DNA of 63,448 nt, filler included, from Octopus bimaculoides (GCF_001194135.2; 7 parts of 7 records of this genome joined end to end with filler, not necessarily neighbours in it); one strand, 5' to 3'. Positions 37,140-51,163 are shown, numbered from the whole stretch's first letter. Notes: generated by a model from the letters alone, not told the origin. Numbers and translations: made by a program.

Positions 37140-38710
37140 TAGGAACTGTGAGCACTACAAAAATATACATGGGTGCCCTGCCAAATTTATGGAAATTACC
37201 AGGTAGCTCAAGGATTTTTTGTCTGATAGAATATCTCCCGTGGACAAAGGCTCTTCCTCCTCCCAGTTATCTGTGAAGTAAACCAGGACTGTGTACTTGT
37301 TCCAACGCATGGTCGTGACATTTTAAAACTATGAGCGAGTTCACTGCTCAGAGGTGTGCATATCTGCACAGGAGTAGATGGTAAGTTGCTGAACCTATCT
37401 ATTGGGTTGTCCGGAAAGTTCGTGCCGACTTTTAAAGTAAATCCGAAGGAGCAATATCTGGTGAATATGGAGGGCGGGATAACACATCTCAGCCCAGCTA
37501 CAGTAATTTTTGTCTGGTTCCCAAAGAAACGTGCGGTCTTGCATTATCATGTTGGAAAACAACACCCTTTATGTTGGCCAATTCTGGACGTTTCTCTTGA
37601 ATTGCTGCTTTCAACTCGTCCAGCTGTGAGCAGTATTTCTCAGAATTAATTGTCTGGTTACTTGGCAGAAGCTCATAGTACAGAATACCTTTCCAATCTC
37701 ACCAGACACAAAGCAAGACTTTTTTAGGGTGAAGACCCGCTTTTGGAGTGGCTAAGGGTGGCTCATGTCGCTTTCTCTGAACATTTCGGTAGATAATCCA
37801 TTTCTCATCAGCTGTCACAATTTGCTTTAAAAAGGCGCGTTTTCATTCCGTTTATAAAGTGAATCACAGATGGAAATGCGATCCAAAAGGTTCTTTTCAC
37901 TCAACTCATGTGGTACCCAACGATCGTAGCGATTTGTGTACCCAAGCTTTACCAGGTGCTCATGAACGACGGATTTTGATAGGTTGAGGCTTTCTGCCAA
38001 TTCTCGGGTTGTGCAATGTGGGTTATTCTCAATTAATGACTTGATTTGGTCATCATCTGTAGTGGATGGTCTACCTGATCGCTCTTTATCAATAAGGCTA
38101 CAATCTCCAGCTCGGAACCTTGCGAACAACTCCCGTACAGTTCTTTCGGATAAAGAAACATCAGCATAAACTGCACATATTTCTTTGGTTGCTTGTGAGG
38201 CATTTTTCCCTTTACGGAAAAAGAAAACATCAAGTGCTGAAAATGAACTTTCTTATCTTCCATTTTAAAGGGTTACAGAATTAACACAGGCTATAGGAAC
38301 ATAAACCTTCTTCCACGAAAAGATAGCTTAAACTGTGCTCTAAATAGTGGTGAAATCCTATGGACTCAACCATGTTTTAAAATAAGTCGAAAGGTAAGCT
38401 ACTATAAATTGGCACGAACTTTCCGGACAACTCAACAGTTAAGATCCACTAAGAACTACCTAGATATGTGAAATTTGCAGGCGTCCTAAGAGATATCCAT
38501 AAAATTGCTCAAAATTTGGAAGTACAGTGACAGCTTTCAGCCTATTAATAAATGTGAATCAATGTAAAGCTGGAATACTTGAAGATGAACCTCGAAACAT
38601 CATGTTCAGTAATCAGTCTCTAAATTTAGTGAAGGAATCTACATATTTGGGTAGTAATATTTCTGATGATAGTAGCTTGGACACGGAGTTGGCCCACCGT
38701 GTACAATTTG
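37140..38710 (+). mobile_element. RTE-clade LINE RT fragment split by a mariner insertion
   Basis: HGCPAKFMEI and GVDGKLLNL before 37400; FGSTVTAFSLLINVNQCK..VKESTYLGSNISDDSSLDTELAHRV after 38436. Confidence 0.75.
37402..38435 (-). mobile_element. mariner (D,D34D) element, 1034 bp, deleted after the YSPDIAPSD motif
   Basis: 27-bp TIRs ttgggttgtccggaaagttcgtgccga and ttggcacgaactttccggacaactcaa; TA on the left, CA on the right; HTH RSGRP, WVPHEL, HDNARPH, YSPDIAPSD. Confidence 0.92.
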
Positions 38711-38983
38711 TTGCGGTCGTTTTTGTGATGCTCAATAATGTGTGTGCGTGTGTGTGTGCATGCGCGTGTGTATACACACACACGCACACACACANNNNNN
38801 NNNNNNNNNNNNNNNNNNNNNNNNNNNNNNNNNNNNNNNNNNNNNNNNNNNNNNNNNNNNNNNNNNNNNNNNNNNNNNNNNNNNNNNNNNNNNNNNNNNN
38901 NNNNNNNNNNNNNNNNNNNNNNNNNNNNNNNNNNNNNNNNNNNNNNNNNNNNNNNNNNNNNNNNNNNNNNNNNNNNNNNNNNN

Positions 38984-39192
38984 CGTTAGCACGCCGGGCG
39001 AAATGCTTAGCGGTATTTCGTCTGCCACTACGTTCTGAGTTCAAATTCCGCCGAGGTCGACTTTGCCTTTCATCCTTTCGGGGTCGATTAAATAAGTACC
39101 AGTTACGCACTGGGGTAGATATAATCGACTTAATCCGTTTGTCTGTCCTTGTTTGTCCCCTCTGCGTGTAGCCCCTTGTGGGTAGTAAAGAA
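38984..39192 (+). mobile_element. Young SINE family 1 copy (tail ...gccccttgtgggtagtaaagaaa)
   Basis: Near-identical to the copies at 19030-19255 and 56254-56484. Confidence 0.92.
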
Positions 39193-39195
39193 ACA

Positions 39196-39238
<43 letters not shown>

Positions 39239-40560
39239 CACATGTATGTATCCAAACATATATTACACACATAAACATACACATATAAACACGCACGCAC
39301 ACGCATAAGTACATATGTATCACACACACACGCACACACATATATACATATATATATATACGCACACATTCATACATACATACATACATACATATAAATA
39401 TTATTCTACATCACCTTCATATTGGTTGCCATCTGGCATCAAATCTATCTAATTTGTAGGAATTTACAAAAACCTGTTCTTTCTGCTTCGTCTTCCTTTT
39501 ATATTGCTGTGTTTATTGTAGCTTTTTAGGGTGTGGGATTGGTTCAGATTAAACGATTTAGTTTTTGCTTTTTTCTCTTAAAACATACGAAAGTATTTCT
39601 GAGAGAAGGATTTGGGACTCATTTTGTTGTTGAGAGAAAATGTTTGATTTTTTTGTTGTCGATGTTGAGACCATTTTTAGACATATATTTCTACTTTATT
39701 CATTTGTTTGTTTGTTTACTTATTTGTTGTATGTGAGGTGCTTATTTATTTCCCTGGATGGCCAAAAACTCATTATTAACTGCTTTGCATGTCAAACTAA
39801 TACCATTTTGATTTTATGTATAGTGATTTCCGATGCGCAGTTATTCTCTTCTCTCTTACTAATTTCTCCTCTCTTCGCTTTATAGCACCAAACACTGTTA
39901 ATTGTGTGTGTGTGTGCACATGCGCATACACACATATATTGGTGGGGAGAGAGAAAGAGAGGTGGAAAAGTTGTGAGGAATTATGGGTCAGAGATAGATG
40001 TTCCTTTGTGGGTGTGTATTTATGTGTGTAACGTGAGGGGAGAATTAGAACACCAAAGCGATGGCTTCATACTTTTCTACGGGTTAATCCGGTTACTGTA
40101 ACCTTCATTGAGAGTGTGACAAATGTTTATATAGATAAGCATAGTTGTTAAAATAACATTAGTCACTGAACTAATACGTTTTTCTCCTGACCACATATTA
40201 ATTAATTAGATTTTTTCCCCTTCCTACATTGTATATAGTGACACTTGTTTAACTGCTTATATTGTAGTGGTGGTGCTTCTACTTCTGGTGGTGGTAGTGG
40301 TGGTGGTGGTGGTCGTCGTCGTCGTTAGCATCCGTAGACCTTGCAGTCAGTCCCAGGTTTGTAAAAATTGGCATTCAGCTTGAAAAATAAAAGACATAAT
40401 ATCAAAATAAAATAAAAGCATGCATAGGAACTTACAGAGCTTTGCGGTTCTGAAGAAGGACGAGGTATGGACTGCATTTCATGTAAAACTCTTTTTTTTT
40501 TTTTAATGAGAAATGCGATCTGCTATTCATTGACACAAAGAATAATTTAAGGTTTCAAGG

Positions 40561-40725
40561 TGTAACTCTTCAGTATTCTAACCAGCCATATCCAGCCTCT
40601 CACAGCTACCCTGCAATGTCATTCTAAAAATAAAAACATCATCAAAATCTTGAAGCTGCGTGATTAATTCAAAACAATGTAAAAGCACAACATTCGATAG
40701 AATAATTTGAATGTTAAAGGCTTAA
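40561..40725. mobile_element. Decayed piggyBac-like MITE
   Basis: Ends taactcttcagtattc and gaatgttaaaggcttaa resemble TTAA-CCCTTTAGCATTC / GAATGCTAAAGGG-TTAA. Confidence 0.45.
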
Positions 40726-42290
40726 AGATTTTTCTTTATTCTTTTCGAGCCATTAAACATATAAGTTGGTGAAAGAAGGGAAATGTATATAGCGGGGGCT
40801 GTAGAATCTGGTGGTATCTCATCGGAAGTTGAGTTTCTTTAACGGATGGATCCGGTTTGTTTGGTTCTTGTTTTGTTTTTTGTTGCGTTTTTTATTCTTG
40901 TTTTTGTTTTATTTGCTGAACAGTATGCCTGTTGGTTAAGAAGGATTTAATAATTATATCGGAATTTTTTTTAAATTTTCCGGTGAGTTAGCCAAGTAAT
41001 CTTATCGAATGATTAATTAACCTGCTTAGATTTAATACAAATGATATTAGATATTATAAGACACCAATTAATGGAATGACAGGCATTCTGTATTGTAATG
41101 CAACTGTGGTTGCCCAAATAGTTCCTCAATTCGAATTGATGACTGAATGGTGTTTATTCGAATTGATATTATACTTCAGGGAAGAACTTGGCCATGATGT
41201 CTGTGCCTTGGTTAAGTTTGGTAGAGTAATTCACATTCCATTTAAACTATGGTTCTACTTCGAAAACATTAAACCATTGAAACCTTTTGTAGGGTATTTG
41301 ATAACCACTTCGCCCGGCAATCGATGAAAGATGGATAAGTGACAAGAATCCCACCAGCAGGCGTGTTTCTATTTTTGTATTTCAAACTGTTTCTTATAAT
41401 GTATAAAACAGTAAAATCACATGTTAAGCCTTTTACTCCTACTGCTTCTACTTTTCACTCTTCTTGATTTTGTTGTGCTACAAGTCAATATTGATAAGGC
41501 AGACACATGACCAAAAGCATCCTATTTGTGACCGTCTCATCTTGTATCTTTAAGAATATATTTTCTAATGCATCCTTCCTCTTTTTAAATTGGTCGAGTG
41601 TGATTTAAAGGATATGCGACTACTGTTTCTAAAAGGTTGGGCGATCACATGCAAGGTTCTTCGTTGGCTGCAGTAAAAAAAAAAAGAAAAAAGTACATAT
41701 TTACAATTGCTTAGGTGGTGGGGCATGAAATACAGAAAAAGTGAATAAAAGGAAAAGAGCTTTGTTGTTGTATACCAAACTATAGTTGTTTTACACAAAT
41801 ACTGACGATATAATATATTGTTTAGCGACGAAAAACCAAAATGGATTTTTCGTAGGCAAGTGGACCCCTACCTAGCTGCTCCACTTGCTAGAAATTATAT
41901 GCATTTTCTTAACTCGTGCCCTTCAGTCCCCAAAAAGGGGAGCACTGGAAAATGTAATCCTAGATTCACTAACTCTGAACAGATGATGATATGGTCAGGT
42001 ATAGAACGTCTTTAGTCGTAGATCAATTCGATCAGTGTTGATCTATGACAAAACAATATCATCAACAACAGCAGCACTCTTTAAAACGCTTCATTAACGA
42101 ACGTCCCTACATCACGTAACGCTACTCTACAAAAGATTTTTTCTGACGTTGCACTCCCCCATCCAATATTGAAACTATGTCAACTAAAAAAGTAATTTAT
42201 GACAATTACATGAACAGCACCAGAGAAAGAGCTTTTATATAGTCGTTCAGTCTACAGGAAATAGCAAGCAAGTATTACATGCTACATTCT

Positions 42291-42352
42291 TAAAGAAAGG
42301 AAAACATAATTTATAAGAAAGAAAAACATTATTTATAAGAAAGGAAAACATT
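42291..42352. repeat. ~22-bp minisatellite, about 3 copies (aagaaaggaaaacat(a/t)atttat)
   Basis: Direct reading. Confidence 0.8.
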
Positions 42353-42579
42353 ACTGGATAATGTAGTCCTTGATACACTTTCCAGACATCCGTCACGGGA
42401 GACTATGAATCTGCACAGGCTTGGAAAATTTCTTATGATGAACCAGCAGTTTCCCATGCATGTTGCATTTTTTACTCCATCGATAATGTTAAAGAGATTG
42501 TAACGCTGTTGGATGTAACGTGTTCGAATGTAACAATGTCACAATATAACGTGGAATGAAGTGCATGTAGAAATAAATG

Positions 42580-44560
42580 TTAGAAGGCGTGTTTGTTAAT
42601 GGAGCATAGAAATTTTATTTGGATTGTTGACAATTGCTGAGCAAAGTGAGCGTATGTATGTAGGATTCAGAGGGAAACCTTGAAACGTGACCTCTCTACA
42701 TGATCCCCCACATATCCACCCCACGTCAGATTGTAAGTCGATACAAACAAGTGCAAGAAAAGAAGAATGAATATATTAAGCAAAAACAAGCATGCAAAAA
42801 GACGATTAAAGGCACTCATGCCCAGTTCATTTACAGACATCTTCACAAAGTCTTTCGGACCAATGGACCGCTGCCAGTTGTTGTAACGTATCTTGGTGAA
42901 TGTGGGGTATCTGTTTGTGGAGCAGTATGTGTAGGGGTGTATATGTGTGTGGTGCGGTATGTGTATAGGGTATATATGGCTCCGGGATATCAGCATCCGT
43001 GTTGGCCCTCTTTTATCTATCAACAGAGACAGTATCTCTAGAACCATTATGCTCAATTGTGAAATGTTTGTCGGTGCGTGCCAGCACACGATAAGGTCCA
43101 GTGTAAGGTGGGGTGAGAGGACTTCTGACAAAAAACGTCGGTCCACAAGGCAATGTCCCTTGGGACCGCAGGTTTTACAGTTTGATGTCATGTACTCATT
43201 GGTGGCAGGTCCTGAAAATATGAACGGAGGTGGTTCACGTAAAGCGCCGGATCCTGAATAGACAGGTCGACTGGGGCGAGCATCTGCCCCGACATAGACA
43301 ACGGAGCACCATACAACAGTTCCTTGAACGCAGTTCGAATACTGAGGAGTACTCTAGGGAGGTATTCGCTTCAGCGTTGAGTATCTGGGTAGGTACGAAA
43401 TGCTGCGTTCAACTGGCGATGGAAGCGCTCCACCATTCCATTTGATGCAGGATGATAACTGGTAGTACGCACCGATGATTTTTGTGAATTCCGAAAAATG
43501 GTGAGATTCGAATTGTCTACCACCATCTGTCGTAATAATGGTAGGGACACCGTAACACGATATCCATCCTGATACCAAGGATCGCGCTACAGATTCAGCA
43601 GAGATATTAATTAAAGGAATGGTTTCGAGTCAGTGAGTGAACCGGTCAGTGCAGCTCTGACAGGCCAGAGTCCCACGAGATCAATATGAATGTGGCGGAA
43701 GCATGCATCAGGTGCCAAGTGGTGCACGGATGTGCTTATACACCTTCGACTTCTGGCATTGGAGGCAAGTTCGGGTCCATTCAGTAATGTCGCGGCTCGT
43801 ATTTGGCCAGAAGTATCTAGCTGTTATGAGCTTTACTGAGGCTAAGGTTCAGGGTGTGAAAGACTGTGCAAAGCTTCAAATATAATTCACCGATGAGTCT
43901 CTGGGAGGAATTCTGCGCAACATGTAATAGTTTCAACCTGTCTAGTTAACTCTAGAATGGCCTATAGAGTCGCCGCTTGCACCAATCCGGGATCCAACGA
44001 GGCAGCTGCTACTGGAGAAGGAGAAACAGGAGCATTTGTGTCGCCAGCAACTCTGTTGCGAGTATATTCTAATATTTTATCGGCCGAAGAAGCCAACTCA
44101 TCTACGGAACTGACTTCCATCATTGGGGCGAGGATGGCCTGCACGTTTGATGGCAAATGGGAGAAGAATGGTTGTTTAATCATGGCGTTGTCCCCAGATG
44201 ATCCTTAGTAAGTTCCCGCATCCTGCGAAGGAGTTAGGTTGGTGTCTGGTCACCAAAGTGTTCCACATTGACTAACGTACGAAAGCATTTCTCCGCTGAG
44301 AGAGAGACGTCCTGCGGAGAACTTCGCTCTTTATAGAGGAGTAAGACGCATCCTTAGGTGGGTCCCTATGAGACCCTTCAAATAAATAGTCAATGAAGCA
44401 GAAATAGCGCTCAATAAAATGTTTAACTGTTGCTGCTCCGTGTTAATATTGTTCGCAGCAAAGTATGACTCTATTTGCGCGAACCAAACTCTTACATCAC
44501 CACTGAATGCTGATAACGAAGAATGATTCATACTGGCTAAGAAATGTAGTACATATGTAT
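42580..44560 (-). mobile_element. Gypsy/Ty3 LTR retrotransposon relic: gag fused to integrase, PR-RT-RH absent
   Basis: gag AFSGDVRVWFAQIESYF and HLPSNVQAIL..DELASSADKILE; integrase FEALHSLSHP..RYFWP..WTRTCLQCQKSKV, RHIHIDLVG, WISCYGVPTIITTDGGRQFES, SNGMVERFHR; G-rich PPT-like tract followed by TGTAGAG near 42700. Confidence 0.85.
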
Positions 44561-45129
44561 TAATGAAATGCTGCGAGCACGGTTCTCAAAGAAAAGAATA
44601 GCTATAAAAAGAATGGCTAGAAAAAAAAGAATTAGTCTTCGTTGTGTTTTGTTTAATTTTTCTTTCAAATAATCATAAAATAAATCCAGTAAACGGTATA
44701 ACTTCGCCCATATATATGTAATTCAAAATACAAGCAATAATAAACCATAAATTAATATTTTTTATTTTTCAAAGTGAAACAACACTAACAGTAAGATAGA
44801 AAATAACGTTTATTTTTGCATACTTCCACTTGATGTGTATCTGAAAAATTTTCTCCTACATTTTCTAATTGCAAAGTCATTGATCAGATCCTAACTATGA
44901 CAACATGAACACTTCGAAATTACATATCCGATCATATAAACCACTACGAATATCATTTTATCAGGTTTAAAGTGATTTCTTTTGTGCCGTAAACTATTTG
45001 GCATTTCTGCGGTGCACCTCTTACCTTGATGCCCTAAGCACGTGCTTTCTACCGGTTAATATTGCTCTATGCACCACCTCCACCACCTACTAAACATACA
45101 AGTGGTTCACAGCGTTGAACTGAGGTTAA

Positions 45130-45558
45130 ATAATCTTTTCTACTAAATGCATAAGGCCTGAAATTTTGAGGGAAGGGTTAAGTTGATTGCATCAACCCAG
45201 TACTCCACTGGTACTTAATTTATCGAGCTCGAAAGGTTGAAAGAGAAAGTCGACCTCGGCGGAATTTGAACTCAGAACGAAGCGACGGGAGAAATACCGT
45301 TAAGCATTTCTTCCAGCGCGATAACGATTCTTATTTCTTTATTGCCCACAAGGGGCTACACACAGAGGGGACAAACAAGGACAGACAAAACGGATTAAGT
45401 CGATTATATCGACCTCAGTGCGTAACTGGTACTTATTTAATCGACCCAGAAAGGATGAAAGGCAAAGTCGACCTCGGCGGAATTTGAACCCAGAACGTAG
45501 CGGCAGACGAAATACCACTAAGCATTTCGCCCGGCGTGCTAACGATTCTGCCAGCTCA
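45130..45558 (-). mobile_element. Young SINE family 1 (45333-45558) joined into the head of an older family 1 copy with a different tail (45130-45332)
   Basis: Junction ataacgattct|tatttctttattgcc; the older copy ends in caggccttatgcatttagtagaaaagatt. Confidence 0.88.
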
Positions 45559-46309
45559 CAAGCAACATATACACAGATCTCTGTGCTGACCTCGTGTAAT
45601 ACCATCCTTTTAGTCAGCGGGTGTTTTAGCAGAGTACACTCTGTTGCAAGCAGTCGGACCACGTCAACTGTCTGAGGACAGTTTTGTTCCTCTAACTCGT
45701 TATAGATGCCCTAAAACTTTTCTTCATTAACTCATGTAAAGAAAAAAAAAGCATTCAATAATTCATCCACGCCAGCCGCTTCTATAACATTATTTATAAT
45801 GGAAGTACAAACAACATGAACGACAATATCAACAACCTAAAGAACCAAAACTAAGCAACTGCAATCTCCTAATACACGTGACATCTCCGTTTCTTTTCAC
45901 TATTAGATAAGCAAATAATATCACGCCTTTCTTTCACACGATGCATTTTCTCAAGCGTTATCACGACAAAAATTAGTTCGCGCTTTTAAGTTTTGATCGT
46001 TGACAAAGAGGATTTATTTGTTTGTTGTAGTTGCTTTTTTGTTTTCTTTTTTATTGTGTTGTTTATATTCAAACATTTCATTTAGGATTTCTTTACTTTT
46101 TTCTATATTTAAGATTTTCTTTTTGTCTCTGTTGTTCCTCATGTACACGCAAAACAAAATTTAAGAACAAAAACATGTCCAATTCCATTAATAGTTTGCA
46201 AGTAGTTTCGTGAAGTGTTTCCTAATAAAATCTTTCAACTATTGCAACTTGCCCTATAGCGATATCAAGTACAATGCTAATACACGATTATAATATATAG
46301 ATGGTGGTG

Positions 46310-46363
46310 CTCCAGCATGACCGCAGCCGCATAGCTGAAACGAGTAAAAGAATAAAAGAATAT
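46310..46363 (+). mobile_element. Isolated CR1-like LINE / SINE2 3' tail
   Basis: ggtggtgctccagcatgaccgcagccgcatagctgaaacgagtaaaagaataaaagaata, near-identical to 63394-63448. Confidence 0.8.
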
Positions 46364-46857
46364 ANNNNNNNNNNNNNNNNNNNNNNNNNNNNNNNNNNNN
46401 NNNNNNNNNNNNNNNNNNNNNNNNNNNNNNNNNNNNNNNNNNNNNNNNNNNNNNNNNNNNNNNNNNNNNNNNNNNNNNNNNNNNNNNNNNNNNNNNNNNN
46501 NNNNNNNNNNNNNNNNNNNNNNNNNNNNNNNNNNNNNNNNNNNNNNNNNNNNNNNNNNNNNNNNNNNNNNNNNNNNNNNNNNNNNNNNNNNNNNNNNNNN
46601 NNNNNNNNNNNNNNNNNNNNNNNNNNNNNNNNNNNNNNNNNNNNNNNNNNNNNNNNNNNNNNNNNNNNNNNNNNNNNNNNNNNNNNNNNNNNNNNNNNNN
46701 NNNNNNNNNNNNNNNNNNNNNNNNNNNNNNNNNNNNNNNNNNNNNNNNNNNNNNNNNNNNNNNNNNNNNNNNNNNNNNNNNNNNNNNNNNNNNNNNNNNN
46801 NNNNNNNNNNNNNNNNNNNNNNNNNNNNNNNNNNNNNNNNNNNNNNNNNNNNNNNNN

Positions 46858-46912
<55 letters not shown>

Positions 46913-48042
46913 TGTGTGCGCGCGTCTGCGTTTCTACGTGTATGTATACAAGTGTGTTCATATGTGCATATGTACGTATGGATTATACATCTATACATAA
47001 CAATGCATATTCATGTATACATCACAATGAAACAATCAAGTTTGCCTTTTAGACACAAACCACTCTATCTCTAATGCATCTATATACTTTACACTTAGCT
47101 TGTTTGATTAAATTCGTTACAATTTACGAAGACCAATCCACTTCATCTATGTTCATTTGTCATTTGTCTATTATAACTCTGACATGAGACAAGATGTTAT
47201 CCTCTTTACTTTGTGATGATGGTGTTGTTGCTGAACAAGGAGTAGTGGGGCCTACAGTGGAGTTTTCGAATACATCTTGCTGTTAAACTTTTTTTGTTTT
47301 CGTCGTGGGTGTTTTTCTTTGTCAGCCTGATTTAAACATTACGTGTGTATGCATGTGCATATGTATATATGCGTGAGTATGTGTGCGCATGTGCCCTTAT
47401 ATNNNNNNNNNNNNNNNNNNNNNNNNNNNNNNNNNNNNNNNNNNNNTTAATTAATTAANNNNNNNNNNNNNNNNNNNNNNNNNNNNNNNNNNNNNNNNNN
47501 NNCTAAAAATTAGCACAACCACAATGAACAAAGACACGCGCAGAATCCTCACGTTCTAATTGACATCTTTTTATTCTGCATTTATTCAGCATTTATTTTC
47601 AATATATCGTATATATTACAGAACGGAACAGACCAGTTATAGATAAATATGCGCGTAGTAATAGATGTGCCCACTTTGTGTGCCCGCTGATATTGTGCAA
47701 TGAAAGGAGTAAATAGTAGAGATTTATTAGAATAAATACAGAATCACAATATTAAATTAACATTTTTCAAATATAAAGTGGAAATCACTTTTTTTTTAAT
47801 ATACTGTATATGTGTAACTTTAGTCACTGTGGTCAATGACGATTTTGCCAAGCAAATATGTATGTGAATACGTGTCCGATGTAAATGTAAACGTATGTAT
47901 GTATTTCTGTATCTATCTATCTATTTATCTATCTATACAACTATATGGGAATATACACACAGAGATATATACACTCAGAGATATAGGTACTTTATATATA
48001 TTCGCATGTATACATGTATATAACATATACCATTCAATTAGG

Positions 48043-48086
<44 letters not shown>

Positions 48087-48537
48087 NNNNNNNNNNTATA
48101 CACATACACACATATACATACATACATATATACATATACATACATACATATATATATATACATACATACATATATATATATATATAAACTTGTATATATA
48201 TATCAGTAATTAAATGACAAAGGAACAGGAAATTATGCCGTGAACTTCATTAGGTTACAGCTGTTTCAGTGTAGCATTTGGTGCATTATCTTATAGCTTC
48301 TTTTGAGCTTCTAAAATGAGACCTAAGAAACGTGTATATATCTGTGTATATGTGTGTGAGTGTGGGGGGTCAGACGTGTATCTCATACGTACACACACAC
48401 ATATATACATACATTGATGGATAGATTAATATTTAGCAGAATTAAGAGTGACTCAATACCCGAGAGTTTCGTGTGTTGGCACTTATCAAACTCGGACCTT
48501 GAGTCAATCTGTTACTTCTGCTAAATATTAATAAAAA

Positions 48538-48917
48538 TTGGCTATGTGGTAAGTAGCTTGTTTACCAGTTACATGGTTCCGGTTTCAGTCCCTTGCGTGG
48601 CACCTTGGGCAATTGTCTTTTATTATAGCCTCGCGCCGACCAAAGCCTTCTGAGTGGATTTGGTAGATGGAAACTGAAAGAAGCTTGTCGTATATATATA
48701 TTTGTATGTATATGTTAGTGTGTCTGTGTTTGTCCCCTAACATCGCTTGACAACCGATGCTAGTGTGTTTACGTCCCCGTCACCTAGCGGTTCGGCAAGA
48801 CAGGCCGATAGAATAAGTACTAGGCTTACAAAGAATAGGTCCTGGGGCTAGACAAAAAGCAGTGCTCTAGCATGGCCGCAGTCAAACGACTCAAACAAAT
48901 AAAAGAATAAAAGAATA
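48538..48917 (+). mobile_element. Near full-length SINE family 2
   Basis: Head tgtggtaagtagcttg..catggttccggtttcagtc; internal TA/TG tract; tail gtgctctagcatggccgcagtc...aaataaaagaata. Confidence 0.92.
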
Positions 48918-49024
48918 CTCATATTATGAGTTCTATTTTTCCTGTTTGCATCAACGCACACTCAAACACATATACACACACACAAATATGTTGCAATATA
49001 CATATCAATATATATATATATACG

Positions 49025-49061
<37 letters not shown>

Positions 49062-49830
49062 ATAGAGGATAGAGGCATACCTAAGCATCCATCGGTAACT
49101 GCGTTCCAAAACATGCGACTTAATTTGAAATCAAGAGAACTAACACGAAAATAAACATTTTATAAAATATATTAGTTTATATCTGCCTTAATGAATGGTT
49201 TGTACAAGTTTGACTCTTCCATTTCATTATTGATTTTAACTGCATATTAAAATTTTAATGCTTTTAACTATGTTGGCTCAGACCGACGCAAAGTTAAATA
49301 AATCGACAGAAGTTGGGATTTATTTTCCCAATAATAACCTTAAAAAACACAAAAACACAACGTAGTTCAGGAATGCTTATATGTACATACATATATATAT
49401 GTGTGTGTATGCATTGCAAGTATGTATATGTAATATCATATAATATAATATATATGGATATATATGTAAATATATAAATGCATATGTGTGTATATATATA
49501 TGTAAATATATATAATGTGTATGTGTGTGCATATATATATATATAAATATATATATACGTATATATATATATGATATAAGACATAATATATATACATATA
49601 TTATATACACGATATAATATATATATAAAGTATATATATAAATGTGTGTAGAATATATATAATATATGATAATATATGATACACATATACATATGTATAT
49701 ATGTGTGTGTGTATATATATATATATATACACATATATATGTGTGTATATATATAAGTGTGTATATATATATATATATGCGTGTGTGTGTGTGTGTATAT
49801 ATATAGATATATATTCCGTANNNNNNNNNN

Positions 49831-49881
<51 letters not shown>

Positions 49882-50379
49882 GGTAAGAAACTCTCGAGGC
49901 AACCGAACAACAGGGTTTCACAGAAGAAAGCCCACTCAGGCGAATGCTCTGGCCCTTCACTTCTCTCACTCTCAGGGAGCTGGGTCATGCCTCCTGGTTG
50001 TCCATCCAGTTACACGTTTTAGCGACGTGGATATCGGAGGCTTGCGCACTTAAATCGCTTAGAAATTACATTTAACTGGGCCTCCTCTCCATTCACTCAA
50101 CTGTTAAACATATCCTTGTATAATGTATATACAAACACACAAACACACACACATACATATATATAATATATATATATAAAGCTTTAATCGTCGGGTTCCG
50201 TAGTGTGGTGGACGATCAAATAAACAGTGCATGTCATTGATTGGCAAAAGATAATCACCCCGAAAATATATCAATATCTGTTTCGACATAGGTTTTTCAC
50301 ATCAAGAATCTGGTGAAATAAATACATAATCAAATATAAATAAATACACACACACATATAAAATATGAAGTTATAATAA

Positions 50380-50411
<32 letters not shown>

Positions 50412-51163
50412 ATATATATATATATACACATATATATATATATATANNNNNNNNNNNNNNNNNNNNNNNNNNNNNNNNNNNNNNNNNNNNNNNNNNNNNN
50501 NNNNNNNNNNNNNNNNNNNNNNNNNNNNNNNNNNNNNNNNNNNNNNNNNNNNNNNNNNNNNNNNNNNNNNNNNNNNNNNNNNNNNNNNNNNNNNNNNNNN
50601 NNNNNNNNNNNNNNNNNNNNNNNNNNNNNNNNNNNNNNNNNNNNNNNNNNNNNNNNNNNNNNNNNNNNNNNNNNNNNNNNNNNNNNNNNNNNNNNNNNNN
50701 NNNNNNNNNNNNNNNNNNNNNNNNNNNNNNNNNNNNNNNNNNNNNNNNNNNNNNNNNNNNNNNNNNNNNNNNNNNNNNNNNNNNNNNNNNNNNNNNNNNN
50801 NNNNNNNNNNNNNNNNNNNNNNNNNNNNNNNNNNNNNNNNNNNNNNNNNNNNNNNNNNNNNNNNNNNNNNNNNNNNNNNNNNNNNNNNNNNNNNNNNNNN
50901 NNNNNNNNNNNNNNNNNNNNNNNNNNNNNNNNNNNNNNNNNNNNNNNNNNNNACTTTGATGGCATGCACTGCTCTCTCATACATACATACATACATACAT
51001 ACATACAAATACACATAATGCTTGTTTTTGTGACAGTAGCAATAAAAACAATTTTACACTAATCTGATGGGTTACTCTATTTGTTTGAAGAGTACAATTT
51101 AAATATTCTTAAACAAGAATCTTAATCACAGTGCCGTCAAAGTTTCTGCCAGCTAATCAATCC

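Noticed and set aside
30321-37812. CTGAAGA-c-GAAA (30330) and CTGATGA-GAAA (37801) on the minus strand
   Set aside because: No helix II; they are codons of the Dong and mariner ORFs
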